Origin: a virus | Strand: one strand, 5' to 3' | IMG/VR virus record: IMGVR_UViG_3300035670_000055 | Coordinates: 1 to 64,000 of that record | Length of the DNA stretch: 64,000 nucleotides | Part shown: in pieces, positions 19,038 to 31,100 of the stretch | Layout of the letters: each line of letters opens with the position of its first letter | How positions within the stretch are numbered: the stretch's first letter is position 1 | Translations under genes and position numbers: made by a program | The notes under the pieces: generated by a model | Told to the model about the DNA's origin: nothing | The model's input: the letters and a program-made list of their open reading frames with translations, nothing else | The model's database searches: none

Positions 19038-21680
19038 ATGGCATCATTTAAAGATATAATACCTCAATTTACACCATATATTCAACAACTTCCTGTTGAA
19101 GATATGGTGCAAGTTGGTATGCATAAACAGCAATTATATGATCAAGGTGTGCAAAAAATTCAATCTCAAATTGATAATATTGCAGGTCTTGACATTATAC
19201 ATGATTCTGACAGAGCTTATTTACAATCAAAATTAGATGAATTAACTTCTAATTTAAGAGGAGTTGCTGCTGGTGATTTCTCAGATCAGAATCTAGTAAA
19301 CTCTGTATCAGGAATGACTTCTCAACTCATTAAAGATAAAAACATTCAAAATGCTGTATCTTCTACAGCCTGGTTTAGAAAAGAAAATCAAAGAATGGAG
19401 AAAGCAATAGATGAAGGAAAAGCTAGTCCTCAGAATATTGCTGACTTCAATGAACAAACAAATCAATGGTTATCTTCTACTAAATTTGGCACAAGTTTTA
19501 GGGGTAGATATAAAGAATATATAGACATGGATGAAAAACTTAGAAAAGTTTTTGCTGAAATGAAAGACAAGGCGGATTTTACAATAGATAATCCCTGGAA
19601 ATCAGATGCTTCAGGAAATCCTTTATATTTTAATTCAGATGGTACTGTCTCTACAGATCCTAGTAAAGGAGGTCAAAAGCAGTATGATTATTCAATGATT
19701 TCTAAAACTGTTAAAGGAACAAGTGCAGAAAAAATATTGAATAATTTTTATGATAGTATTGATGAGAATGACAAAGAACAATTAATGATTGATGCTAAAT
19801 ATTATTATAGAGGAGGAAATTTAGATGTTTTAAAAAGTGATATAAAAGAAAGTGCAAAATTAAAAAAAGATTTTGTATCAAATGAAATTGCTAGAATTAA
19901 TACCTTGTTACAAAACAATAATATTTCTGCAGAAGATAAAAATTTATTAAAAGCTAGATCAAAAACATTAAGTGAACAACTATCCAATGGAGAAATAGAA
20001 AAAGAATCTGAAAGTATTTTACAAGGATTGGAAGATCCTTCTCAAAAGAATAATATTTTATATCAAATATATACTAAAAAAACTCTATCTAATCTAGCAA
20101 AAGATTTAGAAACACAGTCTATTTCTGAAGAGATAAAAACAAATCCTGCTTTTCAAGGATATATGGAGGTACAAAAATTTAATTTTGAACAACAAAAAGA
20201 AATAATAAGACAACAAGAATCTAATAGAGATTATCAGTTGAGTTATAATAACTATTTATTAGCTGTAAAGAAAGATAGAAGAGAAGAAGAAGCAGATGCT
20301 AGAGAAAGAGATAAAAATAGAGCAATTGTAAAAGATGGAGGAATAAATACAGATGTTGAAGTTCCAGATGTATTTACTCTTACCCAAGAAGTAAATAAAA
20401 TGACAAAAGCTAATACAGCAGATTTACTATCTCTGGGAAATAGAATAAGTAATTCAACAGACAGTAAGGAACAGAAAATAAAGAATGCAGAAAAATTAGT
20501 AGAACAATATTATGTAAATCCTTCAGGATTAAAATTAGATAATGCTACTAGAGAAATTGTAGAAAAATTAAGTCAAGATAAAATAGCATTAAATGAAAAA
20601 TTAAAAGCATATAAAGGAGTAAAAGAAATTGGTGCAAAGTATGAAAAAGATATAAAAAATGCATTTAAAGGAGAGCAAGGTATTCGTATTGCAAATATAT
20701 ATTATTCTCCAGAAGAATTATCTAAATTCTATAATAATTCTATGTCTAAATATAGAACTTTAACTTCTGAGAAGATGCCTGCAAAAGAAGGACCTGTTTT
20801 CAAAGAAAGTATGTCTGAGGAAATTCTTAAAAAATATAAAGGTACTAAGTTTTATCCTATTGCATTAGCTTTATATAATGAGACAAATAAAAAAAATATT
20901 ACTTCAAATGATAGAGTTATTGTAAACCAAATAGATCAGATTAAAAGAAATACAAGTGCAAAGATAAATAAAATACTAAGTGCTCAAAAAAAAGAACAAT
21001 CTAATTATTTAGCAAAAATAATGCCTGAAACACAAACAATGAACATTGGGATTAATTTAAAAAATGAAACCGACATGAATATAATTAATCAGGCAATAGG
21101 CTTAAAAAGTCAAGATTATCTGGAATATGGAGCTTTGGATACAAAAAGACCAAAAGATTTTAATCCAGAGACAGTTAATAAGTTAACAAAAGATGGAAAA
21201 GCTAATTATAACATTATTAAAAATTATGATGGTACTGCTAAATTGATTATTACAAATGGGGTAGATAAACAAACTATTCCTTTAACAGCTAATGAATTTT
21301 CTAATTGGTTTCCTCAATATGCACAAATGAATCCAATGACAAAATTTAAAGCTTCTGTGTTATCTTCTGGTAATAAAACAACAAATATGACAGGAATAGG
21401 AAATCCTGCAGGTGCTGCTATACATGGATATAGTCCATTAGTTCCTGCTATAAGTTCCAATCCAAAGATTTCTAGTAAAGTAAGATTTGATATAGAAGGT
21501 AGTCCAAATAATACAGGAGCTGATACTGACAAATATCAAATTAGAGTGTATTATCATTCTTCAAAAGGATGGCAAGATGCAATACTTAATGATGGAGGAT
21601 ATAAATCAGAAGCAGATATTTTACCACTATTACAATCAGTAGGTCCTGCTACAATAAACGACTTATTTAAAATTAAATAA
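19038..21680 (+). CDS. internal/ejected virion protein
   Basis: ATG 19038 (MASFKD) preferred; helical, no Cys seen; precedes the giant cargo genes. Confidence 0.65.
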   Translation: MASFKDIIPQFTPYIQQLPVEDMVQVGMHKQQLYDQGVQKIQSQIDNIAGLDIIHDSDRAYLQSKLDELTSNLRGVAAGDFSDQNLVNSVSGMTSQLIKDKNIQNAVSSTAWFRKENQRMEKAIDEGKASPQNIADFNEQTNQWLSSTKFGTSFRGRYKEYIDMDEKLRKVFAEMKDKADFTIDNPWKSDASGNPLYFNSDGTVSTDPSKGGQKQYDYSMISKTVKGTSAEKILNNFYDSIDENDKEQLMIDAKYYYRGGNLDVLKSDIKESAKLKKDFVSNEIARINTLLQNNNISAEDKNLLKARSKTLSEQLSNGEIEKESESILQGLEDPSQKNNILYQIYTKKTLSNLAKDLETQSISEEIKTNPAFQGYMEVQKFNFEQQKEIIRQQESNRDYQLSYNNYLLAVKKDRREEEADARERDKNRAIVKDGGINTDVEVPDVFTLTQEVNKMTKANTADLLSLGNRISNSTDSKEQKIKNAEKLVEQYYVNPSGLKLDNATREIVEKLSQDKIALNEKLKAYKGVKEIGAKYEKDIKNAFKGEQGIRIANIYYSPEELSKFYNNSMSKYRTLTSEKMPAKEGPVFKESMSEEILKKYKGTKFYPIALALYNETNKKNITSNDRVIVNQIDQIKRNTSAKINKILSAQKKEQSNYLAKIMPETQTMNIGINLKNETDMNIINQAIGLKSQDYLEYGALDTKRPKDFNPETVNKLTKDGKANYNIIKNYDGTAKLIITNGVDKQTIPLTANEFSNWFPQYAQMNPMTKFKASVLSSGNKTTNMTGIGNPAGAAIHGYSPLVPAISSNPKISSKVRFDIEGSPNNTGADTDKYQIRVYYHSSKGWQDAILNDGGYKSEADILPLLQSVGPATINDLFKIK

Positions 21681-21695
21681 AAAAACCAAAAAATT

Positions 21696-24600
21696 ATGCC
21701 AATTCTAGATAACGAATTAAATGGTAATATTTCTAATAGAGATTATACACAAGAAAGAGTAGACTTATCTTCAATTAATGGACCTATGCCAGGTAGATTA
21801 CCTAATCTTATCGCTTCTTATTCACCAGGTTATTCTGGAGACCCATCTCAATTTCAAGGAATTAGATTAAAAGATGTTAATTCTTTCACTGTAGGAAATG
21901 TTCCAAAAGGACCAAATTCTACATTTGGAATGGTTACAAGAAAAGAATTATTAGATAACTCTAGATACCCTTTATATGAAAGAGGAGTAAACTTAGAGAA
22001 TGTATATGGAAATGCTCAATCTGGTTGGGCACAGTTAGGAAATGGATTAGTTAAAATGGGATTAACTGCAGTAGGAACTTTTGCACAATCCTTTGCTACT
22101 CTTCCTGATACAATTTCTGCTATAAAAAATAGAAAATTTAGTGAATTAAGTAATCCTAATGGGTATGAATCTGATATAGATAATTGGTTAAAAAATATGG
22201 AAGATAGATTTCCAAATTATGTAACTGATTATGAAAAATCTAGAGGATTAGCAACAATGATTCCGTTTACAGCAGGTTCTGCTAATTTTTGGGGGGATAA
22301 AGTTATTAAAAATTTAGGATTCACTGTAGGAGCAATAGGTGGAGCACTTGCTCAAGATGCTATTGTTGGACTAGCAACAGAAGGTATTGGTGAAATACCT
22401 TTAATAGGAGCACAAATTGGAAAAGCTTCTTTATGGTTAAATAAATTATTTACAGGAACCAATAGATTAGAAGAAGCCTTATCTTTAGCAACAAAGGTTG
22501 GAGCCTCAGAGAGAAGAATAATGACATTAACGTCATTAGCTAGAGCTGCTGAAGCAGAAAAAATTACAACAGGATTAAGATATGGATTAAATTTATATGG
22601 TTCTTCTAGAACAGAGGCTGCTACAGAGGCAAGAGATGGTTATAGGCAAATCAAAGAAGAGTTAATAAAAGAATATAAATTAAATAATGGAGGAGCAGAA
22701 CCTACTTCTAATGATTTATATAAAATAGAGAAACTTGCAGAAAGTGGAATGAATGCTAGATTTGGAATAAATATGGCACTTCTCACTGTATCTAATGCTA
22801 TTCAATTTGATAATTTATTAAAATCATTTAATTCTGCCAAAAAAGGAATTGAATCTATTACCTCTGCTGAAGTAAAAGGATTAGGAAATATTAAATTAAA
22901 AGAAGGAAGTTTAGATGTTTTTGAAAAAGTTGTTCCTAATAGCACTTCTGGTAAAGTGTGGGAATATATAAAACCTACTGTTAAAAATATTTTTACAGAG
23001 GGTATATATGAAGAAGGAGGGCAATATGCTGCAGAAAAAGGAACTTTTGATTATTATACTAGGAAATATAAAAATTCTAAAGATTGGAACTGGACCAAAG
23101 AAGTATTAAATTCTACAGTAACAGGACTACAAGAACAGTTTGGATCAAAAGAAGGTATTGAGAATATGGTAATTGGAGCATTAACTGCTTCTATAACTTC
23201 TCCTATATCTAGCAGAATTGAGGATATTACAAAAGGAAAGTCAAAAGATCAAATGTTGCAATCTGTAATTAGTACAGTAAATCAATACGGGTTAACAGGA
23301 ATACTATCAAATAAATTTGAAGACACTGCAAATAGTGTAGCTATTGCCAAACAAATGAACGATGCAGTAAAATCAAATAATATATTTAAATATAAAAACT
23401 TAAAAGCTGATTTATTCTTTAATTTTGTAAATTCTCGTCTTTCGGTTGGAATGCATGATGTTACTATAGAGCAATTAAAGTTGTTAAAAGATCTTCCAAA
23501 AGAAGAGTTTGAAAAAACTTTTGGGATGAACTTTGATGAATCTAATAAATCTACTGTGGCTGAATATGTAGATTCATTAATTATAAAGGCAGATAATATC
23601 AAAGCAATAAATGATTCTATTCAATTCTCTTTTAAAAATCCATTCCAGAGAATAATAAATCCTACGAATGAGGAAGAAAAAAATGAACTTATTAATTATT
23701 CAAAGTTTGAAAATTGGAAAACAAATTTAGTTAATTTATCATATTTAGAAGAAGATACTACTTCTAGAACGAATAGCATTGAAAAACAAATTCAATCTAT
23801 ACATTCTGGTCTAAATAACTCTTTATTATCTTCTACATTTAATATAAAAGGATTATCTGAGTTCTCTTCAATTTATGAAGAAAAGGCTAATCAATTAGAA
23901 CAAAGTATTAATTCATTACCATTAAAAGATAGAGCTGCTGTTAGAAGTGAAGTAAAAAAACTTAGAACATTAGTTGAAAAAATAGGTATAATCAAATCTA
24001 ATAAATCAATAGATGCAAAGACACTTAAAGAATTATTAGAGTTTGAGCTATCTGGACAAAATTTTGAAAATGATATAAACTTAAGATTTGATCAAATAGA
24101 AAAATTAATGGATTTTGCAGGAGACTTAAATCTATTAAATTCCAGAAATGAAGCAATTAAAGAAGGAATTGAATTCTTAACTTCTGAAAAGGGTGTAGAC
24201 AAATTTATAAATGAAGATGAAGAAAACTTTAATGAAGATGAGGAAAAAACAAATGATGAAGTTTTAACATATGTAGATAATAAAGGAAATAATAAAACTA
24301 TTGATGTAGGAAGAGAATATCAACTTCCTAATATTAAATTGGCAAAAGTTCGTAAGTCTGGAGAAAAATATAAAGTTACCTCTCCAGATGGGAAAGTTAC
24401 GTTCTATGATACAAAAGAAGAAGCCAATTTAGCAAAAGATGAATTAAATATTGATTTTTCAGAACTATCAAAAGTTAAAATTCTTGCAATAAATAAAGAT
24501 GGTTCATTAAAAGTTGAAGATTTAGCAGGAAATATTCAAAACATTTCTAAACAGTCTTTGAACGGTTATGAATTTTTATTAAGTAAACAAGAAGAATTAT

Positions 24601-27479
24601 TAAAAACAAAAGATGTAGTTTCTAAAGACCAAGAAGAATTAGAAACTGTATCAGGAACTACAGAAACAATTAATGAAAATCAAGTTGATCATACAGAGGG
24701 TAAATTAAAAGAAGCATCTATATTATTTAAAAGTTCTATTACAGAATCAGAAGATTGGGATAATCCAGAACAATCTGCTCCACATATAAAAAGAGCTAGA
24801 ATATTCTTAAATAATGTAGCTAGATTTAAAAATAGAAAGAATTATAAAGTGATTCTTATTACTCCTAATAATGCTAAAACTGCTGGATTAGAAGGTATTG
24901 TACAATTGTCATATAAAAGAAGTATAGATACACCTTTGTCTGAAATAGAAGATGTTACAAATCCAGAGAATGGATTTATGGCACAGGTTTTTGTGTATAC
25001 GGATAAATCTGGTTCTTACTTTGTAAATGAGAAAGGAGAAAAGATTGGTAAAGTAGGTAAACAATTAGAAAATATAGAATCTAGTGGAATAGTATTTCAA
25101 ACTATGCCAGCAGCAACTTTATATAATAGTAAAGGAACTCCTAGATTTAGAAAAAATGAAGAGGAAAAAGCCAATAGAGAATTAGCTGCTTATAAAATAT
25201 TTAGAGAGAAAAAATTTGCAAATGATGCTATAGGACAAGCTTATCCTTTTAAAGTGTCTAGAGGAGTAAGAAGAAAAACAGAAATAAAAGAAGATAATCA
25301 TATAAGCTCTATTTTAGGAAAAGATGGAGATAAAATAATATCTTCTATTTCTTCTTTATTAGAAGTTGTTACAACAGGTAAAATTAGTTTTAATGGAGAA
25401 CTTATTAGTTTTCCAAAAGGAACAGTTGTATTTAAATATGGAGATACATTAGATTTTGCTAATAATAAACCATTAACAGAAAAACAAGCAAGCAGTGTAT
25501 ATGCTGTAATAGAAAAATTAGCAGACGATGTTTTAAATGGAAAGAGTATTCAGGGAGCATATTCTAATTTCTTACAAAATATTTTATACTGGAAATCGAA
25601 AGCAGAAACAACTTCTCCTAGCCAAATAAAAATAGATGTTAATACAATGTCTTTACATCTAGGAAAAGAATCATTTCCTATTTCTGAAATTTCTCAAAGA
25701 AAAGATGAAATTATAAATGCATTAAAACAAGCATTTATTACAGTGAATGACAAAACTTTAAAAGAAGGAGTTAATAAAACTTTTATCGAATATGCTTTAA
25801 ATACACAAGGAGAATTAAAACCTATCGTATGGAAGAACTATCAGGAATACTTATTGTCTGATAAATATCCAAATGGAGATAAGAGAGATGTTTCTGAAAC
25901 TCCATTAATTACTCATGCTCCAAAACCTACAGAACTATTTCCAAGTTCTTATGTACAGAGATATTCTACAATTGAAGAAGGAAAATTAGAATTTCCTTAT
26001 GAATTAATTAAAGAAGAACCTGTTCCAATAAAGCAAGAATCTTCTACAGAAACTAAAAAAGAACAACCTAAACAACAAAATAAATATAATCTAACACCTG
26101 GAATTGTAAACGGATATAAATTAAATGATGGAAGAGATATTCTATTCACAGGAGAAATGACTCATGAAGGTCCTAGTATATCTATACAACAAACTAGTGT
26201 ATTTAACGATATTGTTGCTAATAAGGTTACAATAAATGGTATTAGATTAAACATAGAAAAAATAGGAACTGATACATCAAAAATGTCTGATGCACAAGTT
26301 CTAGATTTTTATTTAAAATTACTTATTGTAAAAGATATAGAAAACCAAAATGAACAACAACAAACAACACAATCAGAACAGACACAAGAAACAGCACAAG
26401 GACAAACCACAGAAACCAATATACAATCCCAACAAGGAACAGTTGCAACAAGACAAGGTGTTTCTGCTGACATAGGACTTAAAAAAACTAGAGAACAAGC
26501 TATAAAAGAAGCAGAAGAAAAATGGGCTGAAAATGTTGACGATAGAGGATTTCCTATAGAATCGTTACAACCTATATTAGCAAAAATAAATAAAGAATAT
26601 GATGAATTAGAAGCTAATAATGTATCTAAAGAAACATCATCTTCAGAAAATCCTCCTGTTAATTTCTCTAAATTAAAAACCAAAGGGAAAGGAAAAGGTT
26701 TACAATTTAGAAAATTAGGTATTTCTGATTCTGAAAGAATGACAGAAGAAGATATAAAAGAATTTAAAAAGTGGCATGCTGAAAATGTTCCTAATATTCC
26801 TTTTGAAATATTGGAACAAATGATTGTTATAAACTCTACAGAATCTGCATGGGGTGTTTTTGAAGATGGTGTAGCAAAATTTGTAAGAGGTGGATTAAAA
26901 GGTACAGAATATCACGAAGTATTTGAAGCTATCTGGGCAAATTTACTAACAGAAACAGAAAAGAAAAATCTATTAGAAGAATTTAGAAATAAAAAAGGAA
27001 CATTTATAGATAGACAGTCTGGAGAAGAATATAATTACAATAGTCCTTCTGTAGATGATAATACGATTAAAGAAAGAATTGCTGATGATTTTGCTGATTA
27101 CAGACTTGGTAAAATTAAAAATAGTTCTATAAAAGGAATGATAAAAGAATTCTTTAACAGAATCATGAATTTCTTTAAATCATTTGTTACAAAAAAATCA
27201 TTAAAAGAAAAATTATTTGATGAAATAGATAAAGGTAGATTTAAAAATAAAAAGATTGTTTCTGAAGATAAATTTAAAAATGTTCCAGTAAAATCAGGAG
27301 TAAAAGAATTATTTAATGAAAATTCTGAATTAGCTTCTGTTGGTACACAACAACAATATTCAGCATATCTGGATACTGTATTTCCTGATAGTAAAGTTAC
27401 AGAAATAGATAATTCTTTGTATATTAGTGTTTTAGAAGATTTAAAATCTAACAAAATAATAGAAAAACAATGTTCATAA
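21696..27479 (+). CDS. giant ejected cargo protein (membrane-insertion N-terminus, zincin-like C-terminal region)
   Basis: 1927 aa; Gly/Ala-rich hydrophobic helices near the N-terminus; YHEVFE...ERIADDF zincin-like motif. Confidence 0.7.
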   Translation: MPILDNELNGNISNRDYTQERVDLSSINGPMPGRLPNLIASYSPGYSGDPSQFQGIRLKDVNSFTVGNVPKGPNSTFGMVTRKELLDNSRYPLYERGVNLENVYGNAQSGWAQLGNGLVKMGLTAVGTFAQSFATLPDTISAIKNRKFSELSNPNGYESDIDNWLKNMEDRFPNYVTDYEKSRGLATMIPFTAGSANFWGDKVIKNLGFTVGAIGGALAQDAIVGLATEGIGEIPLIGAQIGKASLWLNKLFTGTNRLEEALSLATKVGASERRIMTLTSLARAAEAEKITTGLRYGLNLYGSSRTEAATEARDGYRQIKEELIKEYKLNNGGAEPTSNDLYKIEKLAESGMNARFGINMALLTVSNAIQFDNLLKSFNSAKKGIESITSAEVKGLGNIKLKEGSLDVFEKVVPNSTSGKVWEYIKPTVKNIFTEGIYEEGGQYAAEKGTFDYYTRKYKNSKDWNWTKEVLNSTVTGLQEQFGSKEGIENMVIGALTASITSPISSRIEDITKGKSKDQMLQSVISTVNQYGLTGILSNKFEDTANSVAIAKQMNDAVKSNNIFKYKNLKADLFFNFVNSRLSVGMHDVTIEQLKLLKDLPKEEFEKTFGMNFDESNKSTVAEYVDSLIIKADNIKAINDSIQFSFKNPFQRIINPTNEEEKNELINYSKFENWKTNLVNLSYLEEDTTSRTNSIEKQIQSIHSGLNNSLLSSTFNIKGLSEFSSIYEEKANQLEQSINSLPLKDRAAVRSEVKKLRTLVEKIGIIKSNKSIDAKTLKELLEFELSGQNFENDINLRFDQIEKLMDFAGDLNLLNSRNEAIKEGIEFLTSEKGVDKFINEDEENFNEDEEKTNDEVLTYVDNKGNNKTIDVGREYQLPNIKLAKVRKSGEKYKVTSPDGKVTFYDTKEEANLAKDELNIDFSELSKVKILAINKDGSLKVEDLAGNIQNISKQSLNGYEFLLSKQEELLKTKDVVSKDQEELETVSGTTETINENQVDHTEGKLKEASILFKSSITESEDWDNPEQSAPHIKRARIFLNNVARFKNRKNYKVILITPNNAKTAGLEGIVQLSYKRSIDTPLSEIEDVTNPENGFMAQVFVYTDKSGSYFVNEKGEKIGKVGKQLENIESSGIVFQTMPAATLYNSKGTPRFRKNEEEKANRELAAYKIFREKKFANDAIGQAYPFKVSRGVRRKTEIKEDNHISSILGKDGDKIISSISSLLEVVTTGKISFNGELISFPKGTVVFKYGDTLDFANNKPLTEKQASSVYAVIEKLADDVLNGKSIQGAYSNFLQNILYWKSKAETTSPSQIKIDVNTMSLHLGKESFPISEISQRKDEIINALKQAFITVNDKTLKEGVNKTFIEYALNTQGELKPIVWKNYQEYLLSDKYPNGDKRDVSETPLITHAPKPTELFPSSYVQRYSTIEEGKLEFPYELIKEEPVPIKQESSTETKKEQPKQQNKYNLTPGIVNGYKLNDGRDILFTGEMTHEGPSISIQQTSVFNDIVANKVTINGIRLNIEKIGTDTSKMSDAQVLDFYLKLLIVKDIENQNEQQQTTQSEQTQETAQGQTTETNIQSQQGTVATRQGVSADIGLKKTREQAIKEAEEKWAENVDDRGFPIESLQPILAKINKEYDELEANNVSKETSSSENPPVNFSKLKTKGKGKGLQFRKLGISDSERMTEEDIKEFKKWHAENVPNIPFEILEQMIVINSTESAWGVFEDGVAKFVRGGLKGTEYHEVFEAIWANLLTETEKKNLLEEFRNKKGTFIDRQSGEEYNYNSPSVDDNTIKERIADDFADYRLGKIKNSSIKGMIKEFFNRIMNFFKSFVTKKSLKEKLFDEIDKGRFKNKKIVSEDKFKNVPVKSGVKELFNENSELASVGTQQQYSAYLDTVFPDSKVTEIDNSLYISVLEDLKSNKIIEKQCS

Positions 27480-28135
27480 AAGATATGCAAAGAGGGCAAT
27501 ACACAAATGTTTGTGGAATATATAAGTTGTATTTTGACAATGATAATAGATTTTATATAGGTTCTACAAATGATTTACAAGAAAGATTACAAGCACACAC
27601 AAGAGCTATAAATAAGCAAAAACATTTTAATGTATATTTTCAAAGATTATGTTTAAAATTAGGAGTAGAAAATTTAAAGTATGAAATACTTGTTAAATGT
27701 CCACAAGAGTATCTTTTAAAGATGGAACAATGGTTTATAGATAAATTAAAACCTGAATTGAATTTAGCAGAAACTGTTGGGAGACCTCCTATAAATAGAA
27801 AAAGAGGATATAAAATGTCAGAGGAAGCTAAACAAAATATAAGTAAAGCAAGAACTGGTCAAAAAATAGATAGAAGTAATTATGTTCATTCAGAAGAAAC
27901 TTTAAATAAAATAAGTCAATCTTTAAAAGGTAGAGTTATTATTGAAGAATGGAAACAAAAAATGAAGGAAGCTAAAGCTAAAGGAGGTAAATATTCCAAA
28001 TTAACTGTTAAACAAGTTAAAGAAATTAAATCTTTAGTTGGAACTAAAACAGATAAAGAAATTTCACAACTGTTTAATTGTTCAAGAGCTACTGTAAATC
28101 AAATCAAAAATAATAAAATCTGGAAAGAAGTATGA
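27470..28135 (+). mobile_element. free-standing GIY-YIG homing endonuclease with NUMOD3-like repeats and C-terminal HTH
   Basis: GIY...YIGS, R..H, EQWFI...LN; HSEET..KISQSLKG; overlaps both neighbouring genes. Confidence 0.9.
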
Positions 28136-31100
28136 GTTGTATAATAACATATAAAGGTCAAAAGTATTCAGAAGAACAATTTAAAGAATACTTTATTAAT
28201 AATAAACAAGAATTTATTACATCTATTGCTAATAACAAAGATGTAGTGGATTCTTTTAAAAGAAAAATGGAAGGGATTGACTTTGTGTTCAGTCAATCAC
28301 CAGAACTTGCTTCTATTGGTAGTAAAGCTCAATATTTACAGTATTTATCTACTATCTTTAAAACCAGTCAAGTGAAGGATATTGTTTATCATGGTAGTGA
28401 TACAAAGATTGATAGATTTGATAAAAAATTTATAGGAACTGGGGCAGGATTACATTTAGGTAGAGGTTTTTATTTTGATATAAGTAAAGACAGCGCTAAA
28501 TTCTACACTGAGACTGTTGCAAATAAAACACTCAAAAGTTATAATCCATCTATTATCAATTTAACAAATCCACAAGAAAGTAAAGCATTATTAAGAAATC
28601 CTGATTATGTAAATTACGATGGAGTTAAAGATATTACAGGGCAACTTGTAGTATTTGAACCAGAGCAAATTCACATTTTAGGTTCTCAAGCAGATATAGA
28701 AGGATTTAAAGAATTTGTTTCTAAAAATGGTTCCTCAACTACTCCTCAATATAGAGTTGTGGAGGGATTGTCTGAAGAACAAGTAAATGATTTATCTGAT
28801 GATATAATTGGTACTATTGCTGAACTTATTTATGGAAGAGAAGATTATACAAAACAATTATTATTTAATCCAGAAGAAATATCTGGAAAAGGAATATTTG
28901 CTGAAATAAAAAGAAGACATGAAGAAGCAGGTTTAATTGATGCTATTGGAGAAAATAGATGGAATCAAATTAAAGAAAGAGCAATTGATAAATTAAGAAC
29001 CTTAGGAGTTTCTTTTGAAGAAGATGTAGACATTAATGATGAGAATGCTAGCCAAAAAGAATATGAAAGGGAAGCATTTGTTGTAGATTGGAAAAAAACT
29101 TCTTCTGCAGCAATTAGATTTTCATTAGCTACAATCCCTCAAAGAGTTCAAATGAATCAAGCAAATTCATTAGAACTAGTCTTTCCAGATAATGAAAATG
29201 ATGGTTTTGTTTTATCTGAAAGTTTAGGTGATTATGGAGGATATAAATTAGTTGATTTTAGTAGAGTGTTTGCTACATTGATGGATAAACTTTCTAATAC
29301 AAATAGTCCTGAGGAATTTGTTAGAAAATTAGTAGAATTGGCTGAAACAGATACAACATATTTATCTGTATTTGCAAGACTTGGTGGAAATTTATCAAGT
29401 AAATCTATTGATTTTTCTAATATGACTAATAAATATGATGTGAAATATTTCACACAGTTTTATAATTTATTTTCTAAACAAAAACCAGAAACATTAATTC
29501 AATATATAAATGATGGAGAAATATATTCAAACAATGCTAATTTATTTTCTGCTGTTACAGAAATTACTAATGGTTGGATTAATAATATAAAAGCATTAAG
29601 TAAATCAGAAGATAGTTTAATTTCTTACGATAGAAATCAGAAAATTTATAAAATAGATTCTGAGAAAATAAAATCATTTCCTATTAGAAAAGCTAGTGAT
29701 AGAATTAATTTATTAAACGCTATAGGAATCAATTTTGATTTACAAACATATAATCTATTAAGCGATGAACCTGAAACCATAGGAAAAAGAAGAGTTTCTC
29801 AAAAAGAACAATTTGATACTGCTGTAGATAAAATTTCTGAATATCTTGGAAGTAATCCAGATATAATGACTTTAAAAGGGAATACGTTAGGTATATCTGG
29901 ACCATTAAGAACTTTATCTAGATTATATATTGTTGCTACAAATCCTAATCAAGATTCTACATTCTTTGGTGTAAATAATCAAAGAAAAGGTTCTTATGCA
30001 GAAAATAATGCTGCTTCTTTCTTTGAGAATGATTTTAATGAATCAGAAACAATAGATGAATTATTGGAGAAAAGACCAGAATTAAATGGATATTTTTCTA
30101 AAGGTTCACAAATTCTTAAAAAAGGAGGATTGTTTTTTGATGAAGATGGAAATAGAATAGCTAAATTAAAACTTCTTACAATAGAAGGGTTAAAAAATAT
30201 AGATGAAGGTAAGAATAAAGGAATTTCTAAATTAACATTATCAGAAAGAGCAACACAAGAAATTAACCAGAATTTAAATGGTAATTATTATGTGTTAGTA
30301 CCTGGAGATGGTTCTACAGAATGGATGATGAATTTAGGAAATATAATTTCTTTTGAAGAAGTAGAAGCTGGTGTTTATTCTAAAAAATTAGAAGAAATAT
30401 TCATCAATGGGTATTTAATGGATGAAGTTAATCTTGTTTTGTTTGGAAAAAATAATACTGTTACTGTTAAGAAAAAATCTAAAGAACTTAGATTTATGAA
30501 AGACATTCTCTCTGATAAGCAAGTTAAAGAAATTGAAGACTTATTATCAAAAGATGCAACAACATTAGAACAAATAGAAAAGTATATTAAAGATAATAAA
30601 AAAGAATTAGTAAATAGTGTTGAACAATTTGTTAAAAATGTAAACGAAGAAACATTTAATAATTTAATTAATTCTTCACAGATTGAACAAATAGAAGAAG
30701 ATGAATTTGTATTAAATAAATTTGATTCAGAATTTATTAAGGAAAAAGGATTATCTACAGCTAGTAAAGAACGAGTGGATAATTTTATTAATTTCTTAAA
30801 TTTAAATTACATAATCAATAATATTGAATATCATAAGTTTATATTTGGAGACCCTTATCAATATAAAATTAAAGGAGATGGTTCTTTAGATGAAACAAAG
30901 CGTATAAAAATGTATTTGTCTCCTAGAAGAAGATTGCTTGATTTACGAGAATTTAATGATATTTTTAATATTGATTATAATAAAGTGGGAGATATAGAAT
31001 TAGATAAAAAAGATCCTACTTATCATACATTTAAATCTTACACAAAAACTGCTACACTATCTGATGTAGAAGTTAATGGTAGCGTATCTAGAGGAGATTT

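Noticed and set aside
27400-28140. Group I intron or split intein in the RNAP locus
   Set aside because: The ORFs overlap with no noncoding flanks, and there are no Hint blocks or HN/C junction.
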